The notes below the pieces were generated by a model. It ran no database searches. It saw only the letters and a list, made by a program, of their open reading frames with translations, and was not told the DNA's origin. A program made the translations under genes and the position numbers. DNA of 64,000 nt from Desulfomonilia bacterium (lineage in GTDB: Bacteria; Desulfobacterota; Desulfomonilia; UBA1062). Below are positions 28,296 to 38,619 of the stretch, one piece after another. The stretch covers positions 32,001 to 96,000 of the forward strand of contig JBEKDT010000013.1 of the NCBI GenBank assembly GCA_050014195.1. The letters are read 5' to 3'. Positions within the stretch are counted from its first letter, which is position 1; every line of letters starts with the position of its first letter.

Positions 28296-29309
28296 TTAAC
28301 ATTGGTCCTTTAAAAACTTTACTTGAAGTCCTCTGGCTATAATGTAGAATTGAATCAGATTCGGAGAAAATCCCGGCTGGCGGACCTTGAGAAATAACAT
28401 GAGGTTAAGGGTTTTCAGTACCCCACCTTTTTGAAGGGTATCAATAAAACTGTTCAGGTAGGGCGGGACATCACAGGAAAGGTCTATCAGGCGCTGTTTC
28501 AGTGCCTTTGCCTGATGATGGAGTTGCACCAGTATTCTTACAATCCAGTCAGTGTTCAATTGGATTCTTCTGGAAGCTTTTATAATTGTTTGAATAATCC
28601 CTTCTATATTTAAAATGAAAAGGGGGCGCGCCCTTCCCGTGACATTGTTTTCGTGCTGCCTGTAGAGGACTGTGGCTTCGGGTATGAATAGAATCTTCCC
28701 AATGCTTGCTGCAATCATGGCAATCCAGCCGTCATGGTTCATTAGGACATCAGGGAAGGGGAGGCTTTTCTTTATTAAAAGCCTGTTGCAGAGCATCGTA
28801 CAGCCTGAAACATAATTCTGTACCAACAGGGTCTTCAGGGGGTCGATATCACTATGTTTCCAACGCTTTACTATCATGTGGGAAGGGGCAATAACATGGT
28901 TCTCTTCATCAATGAGGCTAAGGTCGCTATGGACCAGCAAGGGAATATCCGGGCCGTACTTCTCCTCAGCCATTCTCATTCTCCGGCAACACGCCTCGAG
29001 CTTATCATGGAGCCAGATGTCGTCCTGGTCGGAAAATGCTACATAATCACCAGTGCAGAGGCTTGCTGCCTGTGAGAAATTTTTTATGAGGCCAAGTGTT
29101 TTCTCATTCCGGAAGATTCTCACCGGGAATGGCGCCGTTTTCGAGAATTCTTCCAATATATCAACTGTCGAGTCAGAAGAGGCATCGTCACAAGCAACCA
29201 GCTCATAGGGAGGCAATGTCTGCCTCACATAGCTTTCCAGCTGTTCTTTTAAATATCTTTCACCCTTATAGGTGGCTAGTGCAATGGATATCCTCGGATG
29301 TATGCTCAT
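28296..29309 (-). CDS. GT2 glycosyltransferase (rhamnosyltransferase-like)
   Basis: ALATYKGERYLKEQLES, DDASSD, FSDQDDIW, VSGCTM, HDGW, LYRQH. Confidence 0.9.
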   Translation of the reverse strand: MSIHPRISIALATYKGERYLKEQLESYVRQTLPPYELVACDDASSDSTVDILEEFSKTAPFPVRIFRNEKTLGLIKNFSQAASLCTGDYVAFSDQDDIWLHDKLEACCRRMRMAEEKYGPDIPLLVHSDLSLIDEENHVIAPSHMIVKRWKHSDIDPLKTLLVQNYVSGCTMLCNRLLIKKSLPFPDVLMNHDGWIAMIAASIGKILFIPEATVLYRQHENNVTGRARPLFILNIEGIIQTIIKASRRIQLNTDWIVRILVQLHHQAKALKQRLIDLSCDVPPYLNSFIDTLQKGGVLKTLNLMLFLKVRQPGFSPNLIQFYIIARGLQVKFLKDQC

Positions 29310-29361
29310 AGTTATTTCGTTTACATTCTTTTCAATACATTACTCAACTCATATTAATAGG

Positions 29362-30720
29362 TTATCTTGATCGATCGCCGTAGAATCTGGCTATATAGAG
29401 CATGTCACACAAAACATGCAGTACATAAGCTGCTGCCATTGCCAGGCTCAAGCCGATAGCTCCATAAAGCGGTACCAGAAAATACGATGCCGTGATTGAT
29501 GTTATTGCCCAGACCGCGGCTGTCGCAACCAAGAACCACATTTTCCCTATACTAAGTATGGCAACCCCGACAAAATTATCGATCACAATAATGACAGCAG
29601 AAAAAGACATGAACATCAATACGTACTTGCCGGACAAAAACCCAGCTCCATAAATCTTCATGATAAAGGGCGATGCCACCGCTATCGCTATTGCAACCCC
29701 CAGGGCGCTTATTCCAATCAATATAATACTATACCAGAATGTTTTCAGATATTGAATGCGCTGTTTTGTGCCATGGAAGTCCGAGAGCATAGGCAGGGCA
29801 ATTGCATTCAGGCATTGCGGAATGAAAAATATCACCTTTTGCCAGGAACCTGCAACGCCGAAGATTCCCATTTCCGCATACCCTTTTGGTATATTGACAA
29901 GCATTGCCATGCAGGCCCAGTTTGCCGGGGTGAACATAACACCTCCCAGCACAGCCGGCAGACTGAATTCAAGCAGGATGTACAGCTCCTTGGTGCAGCC
30001 GGTAAAGCGAATGGGCACACCAGCTTCCCGCGCCGCCTTATGGATCTCTATATTGCTGATGATACAGCCCACGGCCCCGGAAATGACATATCCTACAACT
30101 GCCCCGGGCAAGCCGAAAAAATAGACCCCTCCGACAAGGAGGGGGAACAAGAGCACTCCGTTCAGGATAGTTATCCAAGCGATGGTTCGAAATGCCTCAA
30201 GGCCTGCAAGGGTACCCATCTGGACGCTGCTGAAGGCACCGAAAAATATAATACCGGCTCCAATGCGCATGAGGTTTGCAAGGTGCGGGGCGGCAAGTGT
30301 CCTTTCAGCAAGCCAGGGTGCAGCAGGGATAAGGGCACCAATCATCAGGACCGCTGATCCTGCTGCCAGCAGATAGAAAAGTGCAATGATTCGCCCTGCC
30401 TTGGCCGGGTCATTTTTTCGGAATTCCGCTACATGTTTAATCGACGTCATTCCAATGCCGAAGAAAGCGAACATGTTGAACAGGCCGACAGTGCTTATGA
30501 CCATACCGTACTCGCCGAGAAGCTCTTTGCCGAGCAACCGCGCCACAAAGATCGATGAGATCATGGTAAGGGCCTGGGGTATCCCGGTGCCGATCATGGA
30601 CCAGAATGCCCCATGGGCGATTCGATATCCGACCGGGGAGGTGCTCCTGTTGTCCCAGTAGTACCGCAGGGGGGCAGGCATAAGTTTATCTGCTATTTTA
30701 CCAAAATCCAATTTCTTCAT
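29362..30720 (-). CDS. Wzx-type oligosaccharide flippase
   Basis: About 12 TM helices; ARLLGKELLGEYG, MATE-like pattern, FSLPAVL. Confidence 0.85.
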   Translation of the reverse strand: MKKLDFGKIADKLMPAPLRYYWDNRSTSPVGYRIAHGAFWSMIGTGIPQALTMISSIFVARLLGKELLGEYGMVISTVGLFNMFAFFGIGMTSIKHVAEFRKNDPAKAGRIIALFYLLAAGSAVLMIGALIPAAPWLAERTLAAPHLANLMRIGAGIIFFGAFSSVQMGTLAGLEAFRTIAWITILNGVLLFPLLVGGVYFFGLPGAVVGYVISGAVGCIISNIEIHKAAREAGVPIRFTGCTKELYILLEFSLPAVLGGVMFTPANWACMAMLVNIPKGYAEMGIFGVAGSWQKVIFFIPQCLNAIALPMLSDFHGTKQRIQYLKTFWYSIILIGISALGVAIAIAVASPFIMKIYGAGFLSGKYVLMFMSFSAVIIVIDNFVGVAILSIGKMWFLVATAAVWAITSITASYFLVPLYGAIGLSLAMAAAYVLHVLCDMLYIARFYGDRSR

Positions 30721-30799
30721 TGGGTCGCTAGTAAAACTTAGAAGTTGATACCATACTCAGTTTGTGGGATTGGAGAGATGATGCCTGCTCGACCGGTTA

Positions 30800-31663
30800 T
30801 TATTGATTGAAATGAGATGTCCTGCCTGTTAAACCGTCAAAGACACCACGAAGGGCAAAGGTAGCTATATATACTCCACGGATCACATGTATACCCGCAT
30901 AATGTATCAGGATATGTGCCATGACCATAGGCATGTATCTCAGATTATATTTTTTTGAAAGCAGCACCAGATTCCTGCTTGCATAGTACCACAATGCTTT
31001 GCCTGGTATACTTGGCACGATATAGTGGGTTACCAGCTTGTCGGAAAAGGTGCAGAGCCGGTAGTTTGTTTTTTTTCTTACCCTGAGCCCGAACTCAATA
31101 TCCTCATGATACATGATATAGTTCTCATCGAAAGATCCTATCCTGTCGAACACATCCTTCCTGTAGAAAGCCGCGGTGCCTGCTATAAACTCAACTGTGC
31201 GCACCCCTTGGAAGTCATCATGAAGGTTGTGTGGCACCCCACGCACATAGCGTCCACCGGTGAACCAGTTTTTTCCGGATTGATCCACCACAATACAGGT
31301 GACCCCGCCGATGGAGCTGTCTGAGTCCAGGATCTCCACATTCCTCTGGACGAACGTGCTCTCCACCCCGGTGTCGCTGTTGAGGAAGCATAGATATTCT
31401 CCTTTTGCCAATTTTATCCCCCTGTTGCAGGTCTTCACAAAGCGCAGGTTAACCTCATTGTGAACCAGTTTCATGTAGGGTCTATCCTTGATATATTCCT
31501 GCACAAATGAGATCGTTTCCTTGTCCGGTGTACAGTCGTCTATGATAATGACCTCAAAGTCTTTGTAGGTCTGGTTATCTAATGTGGGGAAGAGCCTCTG
31601 CAGGCATTCCTTCTGATTGTAGTGTGGGATTATGATGCTGACCTTGACCTTCTTATCTCCCAT
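30800..31663 (-). CDS. GT2 glycosyltransferase
   Basis: VSIIIPHYN, IIIDDC, FLNSDT, FDENYIMYHEDIEF. Confidence 0.88.
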   Translation of the reverse strand: MGDKKVKVSIIIPHYNQKECLQRLFPTLDNQTYKDFEVIIIDDCTPDKETISFVQEYIKDRPYMKLVHNEVNLRFVKTCNRGIKLAKGEYLCFLNSDTGVESTFVQRNVEILDSDSSIGGVTCIVVDQSGKNWFTGGRYVRGVPHNLHDDFQGVRTVEFIAGTAAFYRKDVFDRIGSFDENYIMYHEDIEFGLRVRKKTNYRLCTFSDKLVTHYIVPSIPGKALWYYASRNLVLLSKKYNLRYMPMVMAHILIHYAGIHVIRGVYIATFALRGVFDGLTGRTSHFNQ

Positions 31664-31725
31664 TCCTGCCTCCGATTATGGCGTATATTAATATTGAGAT
31701 AGGGGCATAATGTTGGCTAAGTATA

Positions 31726-32598
31726 TTAAACCTTGAGCGCTCCGATACCGTCCATATACCGTTTCAGCCCATCCTGCCAATCGGGCATGAGGTCTTTGCC
31801 CAGGGCCTTCAACCCAGCGTTCTCGAGGACCGAGTACTTTGGCCTTGGTACCTTCATCGGAAACTCATCCGGACCTGCGATCGACAGCTTTATCTGAATA
31901 CCCGACAGTTCGAAGATCTTAGCTGCGAACCTGTACCACGAGCAGCTCCCCTGCGCTGTAGCGTGATAGAGGCCGTATGTGTCCATATCGGTCATGGCAA
32001 CGATCTGCCTAGCGACATCACCGGTGAAGGTGGGAGTCAACACCTCGTCGTCAACGACCCGGATCTCATCTCTTTCATTGCCCAGTTTCAGCATCAGCTT
32101 GACGAAGTTGTTTCCGCCTTTTGCGCGGCAAGGGTTTGCACCGTAAAGTCCCGATACCCTGACAACAAAGTGTTTCTTCGCCATCGTCCTTACAAAGGAC
32201 TCGCCGGCAAGCTTGCTGTTCCCGTACGCGTTGAGGGGAAGGGGATAATCGGTCTCTACGTAGGGCGCCTTTTTTTTGCCGTCGAATACGTAGTCAGTGC
32301 TCAGGTAAAACAGGATAGCATCGAGCTCGTTGGCTATCAGAGACAGATTCCTCGCCCCCAGCCCGTTCACCTGGAATGACTTCAAGGGGTCGTCCTCGCA
32401 CTTCTCCACATTGTGCATGGCAGCAGTATTCACGATCACACCCGCATCAGCCTGCTGTAAGGCGGTCCTTATAGATGCATAGTCTGCAATATCGATAGTT
32501 TCATGGTTCAATGGAATTACATCGCGGCCGCCGGCTGAGAATGCTGCACACACATCACACCCCAGTTGACCGTTTGCTCCGATCACGGCTACTCTCAT
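31726..32598 (-). CDS. rfbD: dTDP-4-dehydrorhamnose reductase
   Basis: GANGQLG, STDYVFDG, YGNSKLAGE, PRPKYSVL. Confidence 0.93.
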   Translation of the reverse strand: MRVAVIGANGQLGCDVCAAFSAGGRDVIPLNHETIDIADYASIRTALQQADAGVIVNTAAMHNVEKCEDDPLKSFQVNGLGARNLSLIANELDAILFYLSTDYVFDGKKKAPYVETDYPLPLNAYGNSKLAGESFVRTMAKKHFVVRVSGLYGANPCRAKGGNNFVKLMLKLGNERDEIRVVDDEVLTPTFTGDVARQIVAMTDMDTYGLYHATAQGSCSWYRFAAKIFELSGIQIKLSIAGPDEFPMKVPRPKYSVLENAGLKALGKDLMPDWQDGLKRYMDGIGALKV

Positions 32599-32602
32599 AT
32601 TC

Positions 32603-33568
32603 TTATCTCTTAGCCTCGTCCATCATCTTGAAAACTTTAATATTGTAGTAGTTGGGGTTGTCCACGTCTTTGAACTTTTCCATATTTTCCGCCAGGTTTT
32701 TTACGATGTCCTTGACAGTGTATCGCGGGTTGAAGCTCAAGACGTTGCGTGCCTTTTCCAGGCTGACCTTGTAGTTCCTGAAGTCCTCCAGAAACTTGAT
32801 GTTCAATTTGGCATCAATACCCAGATGCTCCTTGACTCCTTCTCTGACATAGTCGGCTATCTCGCCGATGGTATAGTTGGCGGATGCCACGTTGAATATG
32901 CCGGAAAGATGGTAATCCGCATCGATGGAGCGTATGTATGCCGAGGCTGCATCCCGGATATCCAGCATGGGCCTCCAGATCGAGGCATTGTTGACCGTGA
33001 TCGTTCTGTCTGCGATGGCGCTCTTGAACATGGTGTTCACCACCAGGTCCAGACGCATCCTTGGACTGTAACCGCTGATAGTACCTTTTCGCAGGCAGAT
33101 GGCAGAGAATGTATCGTCCTGAAGGCTCAGGCAGGCAAACTCCCCCTGGAGCTTGGAGATTCCATAGGGATAGCTGGATACGGCAAGAGAATCCTCGTCG
33201 CAGAGCTTATCAACGGAATAGCCGTAAACCGAACATGAGCTCCCGAAAATGAAGCGTTTGATTCCGGCTTTCTTGGATATATATGCAAGATAGGCAGGTG
33301 TTGCGGCATTACCCGTGAAGTTCTGGGACGGAGAATATTCAGCCATAGGGTCATTGGACAGTCCGCCAAGGAAGACCACCTGATCGTACCCTGTGATATC
33401 CTTCTCTCCCAGTGACATGATATCCCGTTTCATGACATTGACTTCCTTGGGCAGATGGTTCCCGAACCACAATAAATCGACAACATCCACCTGGTAATCG
33501 CGTTCCAAGAGACGAGGTACCAAGACCGACCCGACATAGCCGGCTCCGCCTGCAACCAGTATCTTCAT
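32603..33568 (-). CDS. NAD-dependent epimerase/dehydratase (extended SDR)
   Basis: GGAGYVG, LSNDP, SSCSVYG, YGISK, RMRLDLVVN. Confidence 0.85.
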   Translation of the reverse strand: MKILVAGGAGYVGSVLVPRLLERDYQVDVVDLLWFGNHLPKEVNVMKRDIMSLGEKDITGYDQVVFLGGLSNDPMAEYSPSQNFTGNAATPAYLAYISKKAGIKRFIFGSSCSVYGYSVDKLCDEDSLAVSSYPYGISKLQGEFACLSLQDDTFSAICLRKGTISGYSPRMRLDLVVNTMFKSAIADRTITVNNASIWRPMLDIRDAASAYIRSIDADYHLSGIFNVASANYTIGEIADYVREGVKEHLGIDAKLNIKFLEDFRNYKVSLEKARNVLSFNPRYTVKDIVKNLAENMEKFKDVDNPNYYNIKVFKMMDEAKR

Positions 33569-33635
33569 TGTCTAAACTCCTTTTGGGATTTCAATTATGT
33601 TTCGAGCGCTTTTTAGCCCGCGAGTATCAGCGCCT

Positions 33636-34202
33636 CTAGTAGGGAAAGAAGCGCGACTCATCTCTCTGCAGCCAATCTGCCAGGGTCTGCGCGGACTGGT
33701 CCTTCTGGGATAGGATTGGGGTTTGTGTCGGCCACTTGATCCCGATCGCCGGATCGTCCCAGCGGATACCCGATTCAGCCTTATTACTGTATATACCCGT
33801 ACAGAGATACTGTACTTCCGCATAATCACTGAGCACACAGAAACCCCTGGCGCAACCGGCAGGCGCCCAGACCTGCAGCCGGTTCTCGCTGGATGCCTCG
33901 ACCCCGAACCATTTCCCCAAGGTGGGAGACCCCTTGCGGATGTCGACAGCTACGAGAAAGGCCTTCCCGTTTGTTACCCGCATCAGCTTACCCATTGGCG
34001 GGTCCCATTGAAAATGCAGCCCTCGGACGATGTCTTTCGCTGAGCCTGAATGGTTGAGTTGAACAAAAACCTCGGGGAGACCCAGCGCCTTGAATTTGTC
34101 CTGGCGGTATACCTCGCTGAAGAAGCCCCGGTGGTCCCCGAAGACTTCCGGTTTGACGATGATTACGTCCCGTATCGGCGTTTTCTCAACAGTGAACTCC
34201 AT
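33636..34202 (-). CDS. rfbC: dTDP-4-dehydrorhamnose 3,5-epimerase
   Basis: DHRGFFSE, RGLHFQ, AVDIRKGSPT, IRWDDP, LSQKD. Confidence 0.93.
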   Translation of the reverse strand: MEFTVEKTPIRDVIIVKPEVFGDHRGFFSEVYRQDKFKALGLPEVFVQLNHSGSAKDIVRGLHFQWDPPMGKLMRVTNGKAFLVAVDIRKGSPTLGKWFGVEASSENRLQVWAPAGCARGFCVLSDYAEVQYLCTGIYSNKAESGIRWDDPAIGIKWPTQTPILSQKDQSAQTLADWLQRDESRFFPY

Positions 34203-34557
34203 GAATCTTTCCTCCTACGTATTAAAGGACTTCGAGATAGTCTGATGTATATATGTGAGCATTACTTTTTATCCATCCTGCACGGCTTGTGTCTGATCGT
34301 TTCTCAGCACGCTTGTCATGTTGTTGTTTCAAGTAACCTCGCATGCCCCCGTCTTATATGGGAAGACCGTATAGTCCCACCGCTAGCTGATAAAACCGAG
34401 ATCCTTAATTTAGCGGTCTCACCGCCATCCAGGATGAATTGTACTGCAAATCCAATATATACAGTTTATTATAGGATCCATTTCTTGTCAAGCGCCCGTG
34501 CTTCTCTTCGTCGGGGCAGGTCAAAGCAGAGAGGGAAAGGCTCCTTAAGTTGTACTG

Positions 34558-35241
34558 CTATGGTTCCCATATAACGTTATCCTTGATCTTTCTTGCCGGT
34601 ACACCGGCAACCATGGTATGGGCTTCCACATCCTTTGTCACAACCGAATGCGCTCCGACTATGGAGCCTTCTCCTATGGTAACTCCCTTGAGAATGGTCA
34701 CGTTGTGCCCGACCCAGCAATGGTCTTTGATTATGATCTCTTTTGCGATGTCCTGAGGTGTCTCACCGGCGAAGGCATGTTTATGCATATCGCAATCCAA
34801 TATTGTTGTGTTCATGGCAATATGACAATGTTCCCCAATCCTTACTCCGCCTTTTGATATTATACTTGTTGGACCGTTTATCACAGTACCATTACCGATC
34901 ATCACAGTCGAATTCTGCGCTCCAATGGCAGCGTGAGGATGTAATTTAACACTGCCCATGATATGTAGGGTAGAGTTGTCCAGACCAATACCACAAACGC
35001 CTTTTGATTCAAAAACTGTGTCGTAACCTACAGATAAGACACCATTCTCCACAATTATCCTTGAGTTGTGAATATTTAGGCGAGTTGAAGGATGTATTCT
35101 GATACCTGAATTCCCAATGAGTACAATGTTACTGCCGTAGAAAAACCTGAAAAAGAACCGATTGTACAGTCTATCATAGGCATGGCTCACCAGCCTTGGC
35201 TGTAACCGAAGCAGCTTTAGGAGAGACTCCCGATAACTCAT
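34558..35241 (-). CDS. Hexapeptide-repeat (LbH) O-acetyltransferase
   Basis: DCDMH, WVGHNVTILKGVTIGEGSIVGAHSVVTKDV..AGVPA. Confidence 0.88.
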   Translation of the reverse strand: MSYRESLLKLLRLQPRLVSHAYDRLYNRFFFRFFYGSNIVLIGNSGIRIHPSTRLNIHNSRIIVENGVLSVGYDTVFESKGVCGIGLDNSTLHIMGSVKLHPHAAIGAQNSTVMIGNGTVINGPTSIISKGGVRIGEHCHIAMNTTILDCDMHKHAFAGETPQDIAKEIIIKDHCWVGHNVTILKGVTIGEGSIVGAHSVVTKDVEAHTMVAGVPARKIKDNVIWEP

Positions 35242-35502
35242 ATGATCACCATTACCCCAGATTACCTAAATTGAAGTTGTAGTGAGTAAATAGATGGAAC
35301 ATGATAATAGCTAAGGCCGAGATTCCACGCAAAGCTGATATGTATTCAGAACATTTAATGTTGGTTTCCGCCATACGGTATTTCCTCAAAAAGTGTGTAA
35401 AAGTCTCCTTATCTGGTGGATATATGCTGCTCTATATTGTATGACATCCATACATTTCCTAAATATAATAAGTTTGAGTTGTTGAAAAAAGGTGCGCCTC
35501 AC

Positions 35503-36492
35503 ATGATAAAAAGTATTCAATCCCTTCGTGCAATTGCTGCTATCAGTGTTGTCCTTTTCCACTGCGGTGCAAAAATTGCTGAGATATCTCCTGGAGTACA
35601 TTACAATCTATTTCACTTGTTTGATAGTGGGGTGGATCTCTTTTACATAATAAGCGGGTTTGTCATACCGCTTTCAATAAAATCAAACTCTTCAGACAGT
35701 GCCTGGAGATTCCTGATACATCGATTCATCCGGATTGTTCCTCTCTACTGGTTTACTACATCCCTTTTCATTGGATTATTACTTTTTTCCCCTCATATCT
35801 TTCAAACCTATAAGTTTGATTTCTGGCATAGTATATATTCATATCTTTTCTTGCCCCAATTACGTCGCCCAGTAATAAGTATTGGTTGGACCCTTGTATA
35901 TTTAATGTATTTTTATATAGTATTCGCTCTCACTCTTGCGATAGTCGGTAAGTCAAAGGTAAACTGGTTAATATTTGTATTCGTATGTTCTTACTTAATC
36001 GGCCTGTATTTTCCTTATTATAAAAGATATCCCGCATTTGAGTTGATAACTTCAGAACTGCTTTTAGAGTTTGGCATGGGTTTATTATTTTATTTCCTCT
36101 ATCAAAAGAATATTAGGATCAACTTTACGGTAGCAGCAGGGATGATAATATCAGGCATATTCTTATGTTATTTGTTGCAAGGTATGCCTCGGTTATACAG
36201 CTATGGCATGCCTATGGCGCTCATTTTCTGCGGAGTTGTTTTAAGCCCGAAAGAACTTCTCAATGTAACTTTACTCCAATACATGGGTAATTTATCTTAT
36301 TCTCTTTATTTAGTACAGGTCTTCACCGTACCGGCTTGCGGTATATTGACTAAAAAACTATCATTTAATCCTGTGGGCCTTTCGATTCCCTATTTTATTT
36401 TCTACTTATGTGTGACAGTATTCGCAGGCATGGTTTTATATATTCTTATTGAAAGACCTGCCACGAACTATCTCAGAAAATGTTTTTACTAA
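35503..36492 (+). CDS. Acyltransferase family 3 (ExoZ-like)
   Basis: Start 35503 (ORF track 35416). SIQSLRAIAA..FH, GVDLFYIISGF, RFIRIVPLYW, GNLSYSLYL, IERP. Confidence 0.88.
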   Translation: MIKSIQSLRAIAAISVVLFHCGAKIAEISPGVHYNLFHLFDSGVDLFYIISGFVIPLSIKSNSSDSAWRFLIHRFIRIVPLYWFTTSLFIGLLLFSPHIFQTYKFDFWHSIYSYLFLPQLRRPVISIGWTLVYLMYFYIVFALTLAIVGKSKVNWLIFVFVCSYLIGLYFPYYKRYPAFELITSELLLEFGMGLLFYFLYQKNIRINFTVAAGMIISGIFLCYLLQGMPRLYSYGMPMALIFCGVVLSPKELLNVTLLQYMGNLSYSLYLVQVFTVPACGILTKKLSFNPVGLSIPYFIFYLCVTVFAGMVLYILIERPATNYLRKCFY

Positions 36493-36586
36493 GGCTATGG
36501 AAGTTTTTTTGAGGTTAACTTTCAAGAATATTCTTGTTAAGCCGTTTTCAACATATAATTGCACGCCCATTCCATTATCAGTTCCA

Positions 36587-37591
36587 TCATCTCCTTGAAT
36601 CCAAGACTTCCTCAAATAACTGTTTATAACCTTCAACCATCTGATCCAGCCGGAACATTCTTACGGCCTTATCGCGGTTATATTCACCCATCTCTTTTCT
36701 AAGTGAGGGATTGGCTGCAAGGAAGTTGATTTTTTCTGCAAATGCACCAACGTCTCCAACAGGGCATAGATAGCCGCCTTCTCCGTTATCAACAAGCTCC
36801 GGTATAGAGGAACAGTCGCTCGCCACCACCGGTAGTGCTGTTGCCATGGCTTCCGCTACACTAAGACCGAATCCTTCACGAACCGTGGGCATGAGGAGGA
36901 TGTCCATCTCGCGATATCTATCCGGCATGTTCTCATAGGTGACTGCACCTATGGGTTGCAGATTCGGTGCGGCAGGGATGTCATTTTTTCCCCGAAGCCC
37001 CTGGGTGTAATAGATCGTGATGTTCTTGTCCAGACGTTGTGCAATTTCCGGAAGCCATTGCGCGCCCTTGCGGAGACTAATATTCCCCGAGAAAAATACC
37101 TTTATTTCTCTTTGGGGGGAGGCAGGGCGTATTGGTGGGGTAAAACGGTCAGTGTCGATTCCATCGTATATCACCCTGATGGGTTTGGAAATCCGAAGGT
37201 CTTCTTGTGCGATCGCGGCGGTATAGTGGCTCACTGCAGTTATTGCATCCGCATGATTGAGTGATATCCATGTGAACAGGCGAAGATCGGTGGAGTAATG
37301 AACACGTTGGGCCCATGTGCTGTAAGAATGCATCCAGTGGTCAAGGACATAGTTGTGAAGTGTGAGTACTAAAGGGACGTTTCTCTTTTGAAAGAACAAC
37401 CCATAATCCGGGTTTGTATGAATAAGGGCTGCGCCCTTTGTTGGGGCGGCCATTCTTAGGGCAAACGGGAATAGCGTCCAATAGGGGTGATATGATACGA
37501 CCCGATAGTTCGGCAGATGAGCTTCCAGAAGTTTGTGCACTACATATGCCCCATTCCCCCAGCCCATAGGTGAAATAATCTTGGGATTCAT
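36587..37591 (-). CDS. GT4 glycosyltransferase
   Basis: GIDTDRF, EGFGLSVAEAMATALPVVAS. Confidence 0.9.
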   Translation of the reverse strand: MNPKIISPMGWGNGAYVVHKLLEAHLPNYRVVSYHPYWTLFPFALRMAAPTKGAALIHTNPDYGLFFQKRNVPLVLTLHNYVLDHWMHSYSTWAQRVHYSTDLRLFTWISLNHADAITAVSHYTAAIAQEDLRISKPIRVIYDGIDTDRFTPPIRPASPQREIKVFFSGNISLRKGAQWLPEIAQRLDKNITIYYTQGLRGKNDIPAAPNLQPIGAVTYENMPDRYREMDILLMPTVREGFGLSVAEAMATALPVVASDCSSIPELVDNGEGGYLCPVGDVGAFAEKINFLAANPSLRKEMGEYNRDKAVRMFRLDQMVEGYKQLFEEVLDSRR

Positions 37592-37686
37592 CGGTACGAT
37601 CTTATGGTTGTTTAGTATACACCTAAGTACAAGGTGAAGAGGCTGCTATTTTTTGGTAACCCGGCATGCAGAAGAAACCAGGTTTG

Positions 37687-38553
37687 TCAGTATTTGACAA
37701 GATTCTTCAAATACCGACCGTATCCTGTATTCTTCATCGGTTCGGCAATCTTCAACAGCTTTTCAGTGTCTATATACCCGAGGAGATATGCAATCTCCTC
37801 TACACAGGCTATCTTCAGGCCTTGCCTTCTCTCGATAGTCTCGATAAACATGCCCGCTTCGAGAAGCGATTCATGAGTGCCCGTATCCAGCCATGCATAT
37901 CCTCTTCCCAGCTTTTCAACCTGAAATTCGCCCATCCGGAGGTAGGCCCTGTTTACATCGGTTATCTCAAGCTCTCCCCGCTTGGACGGTTTGAGGTTTT
38001 TTGCAATGTCCAGGACTTGATTGTCGTAGAAGTACAGTCCTGTTACGGCCCAGTTTGATTTCGGGCTGGCAGGTTTTTCAACGATTTCGATGGGATTACC
38101 TGATTCATCGAAGCTAACGACACCGTAGCGTTCGGGATCATTAACCCAATATCCAAAGACAAGACATCCTTTCTTTAAAGAACCGGAACTCTGAAGTTTG
38201 TTATATAAACCACTGCCATAGAAGATATTGTCACCAAGCACCAGGCAGACATTATCATTCCTGACAAAATTGCGGCCTAAGATGAATGCCTGTGCGATAC
38301 CCTCCGGTTTAGGCTGTTCTTCAAAGGAAAATGATATCCCCCACTGAGAGCCATCACCCAGCAATTCTTCAAATCGTGGAAGGTCGGCCGGGGTTGAAAT
38401 TATGAGAATGTCCCGAATCCCTGCCAGCATAAGTACTGAGAGGGGGTAGTATATCATCGGTTTATCGAATATAGGTAAAAGCTGTTTGCTGATTACCTTG
38501 GTTATCGGGTAGAGGCGCGTACCTGAACCCCCGGCCAGGATAATTCCTTTCAT
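37687..38553 (-). CDS. rfbA: Glucose-1-phosphate thymidylyltransferase
   Basis: [46 protein letters not shown]; GGAGG RBS before 38553. Confidence 0.96.
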   Translation of the reverse strand: MKGIILAGGSGTRLYPITKVISKQLLPIFDKPMIYYPLSVLMLAGIRDILIISTPADLPRFEELLGDGSQWGISFSFEEQPKPEGIAQAFILGRNFVRNDNVCLVLGDNIFYGSGLYNKLQSSGSLKKGCLVFGYWVNDPERYGVVSFDESGNPIEIVEKPASPKSNWAVTGLYFYDNQVLDIAKNLKPSKRGELEITDVNRAYLRMGEFQVEKLGRGYAWLDTGTHESLLEAGMFIETIERRQGLKIACVEEIAYLLGYIDTEKLLKIAEPMKNTGYGRYLKNLVKY

Positions 38554-38619
38554 GTTACCTCCTGGTTTGATCAAAGATCAGAAAGTCTATCATCATGATC
38601 TATCTTAAGGAAATGAATG

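Noticed and set aside
29752-33369. Long antisense ORFs over wzx, GT2, rfbD and the SDR gene
   Set aside because: Typical shadow frames of GC-richer genes; the opposite strand has clear family motifs.
34050-34574. 174-aa plus-strand ORF and an ops-like GGCGGTGA on the minus strand near 34420
   Set aside because: The ORF overlaps rfbC antisense and has no recognisable motifs. The motif deviates from ops (GGCGGTAG) and no NusG paralogue is in the window.
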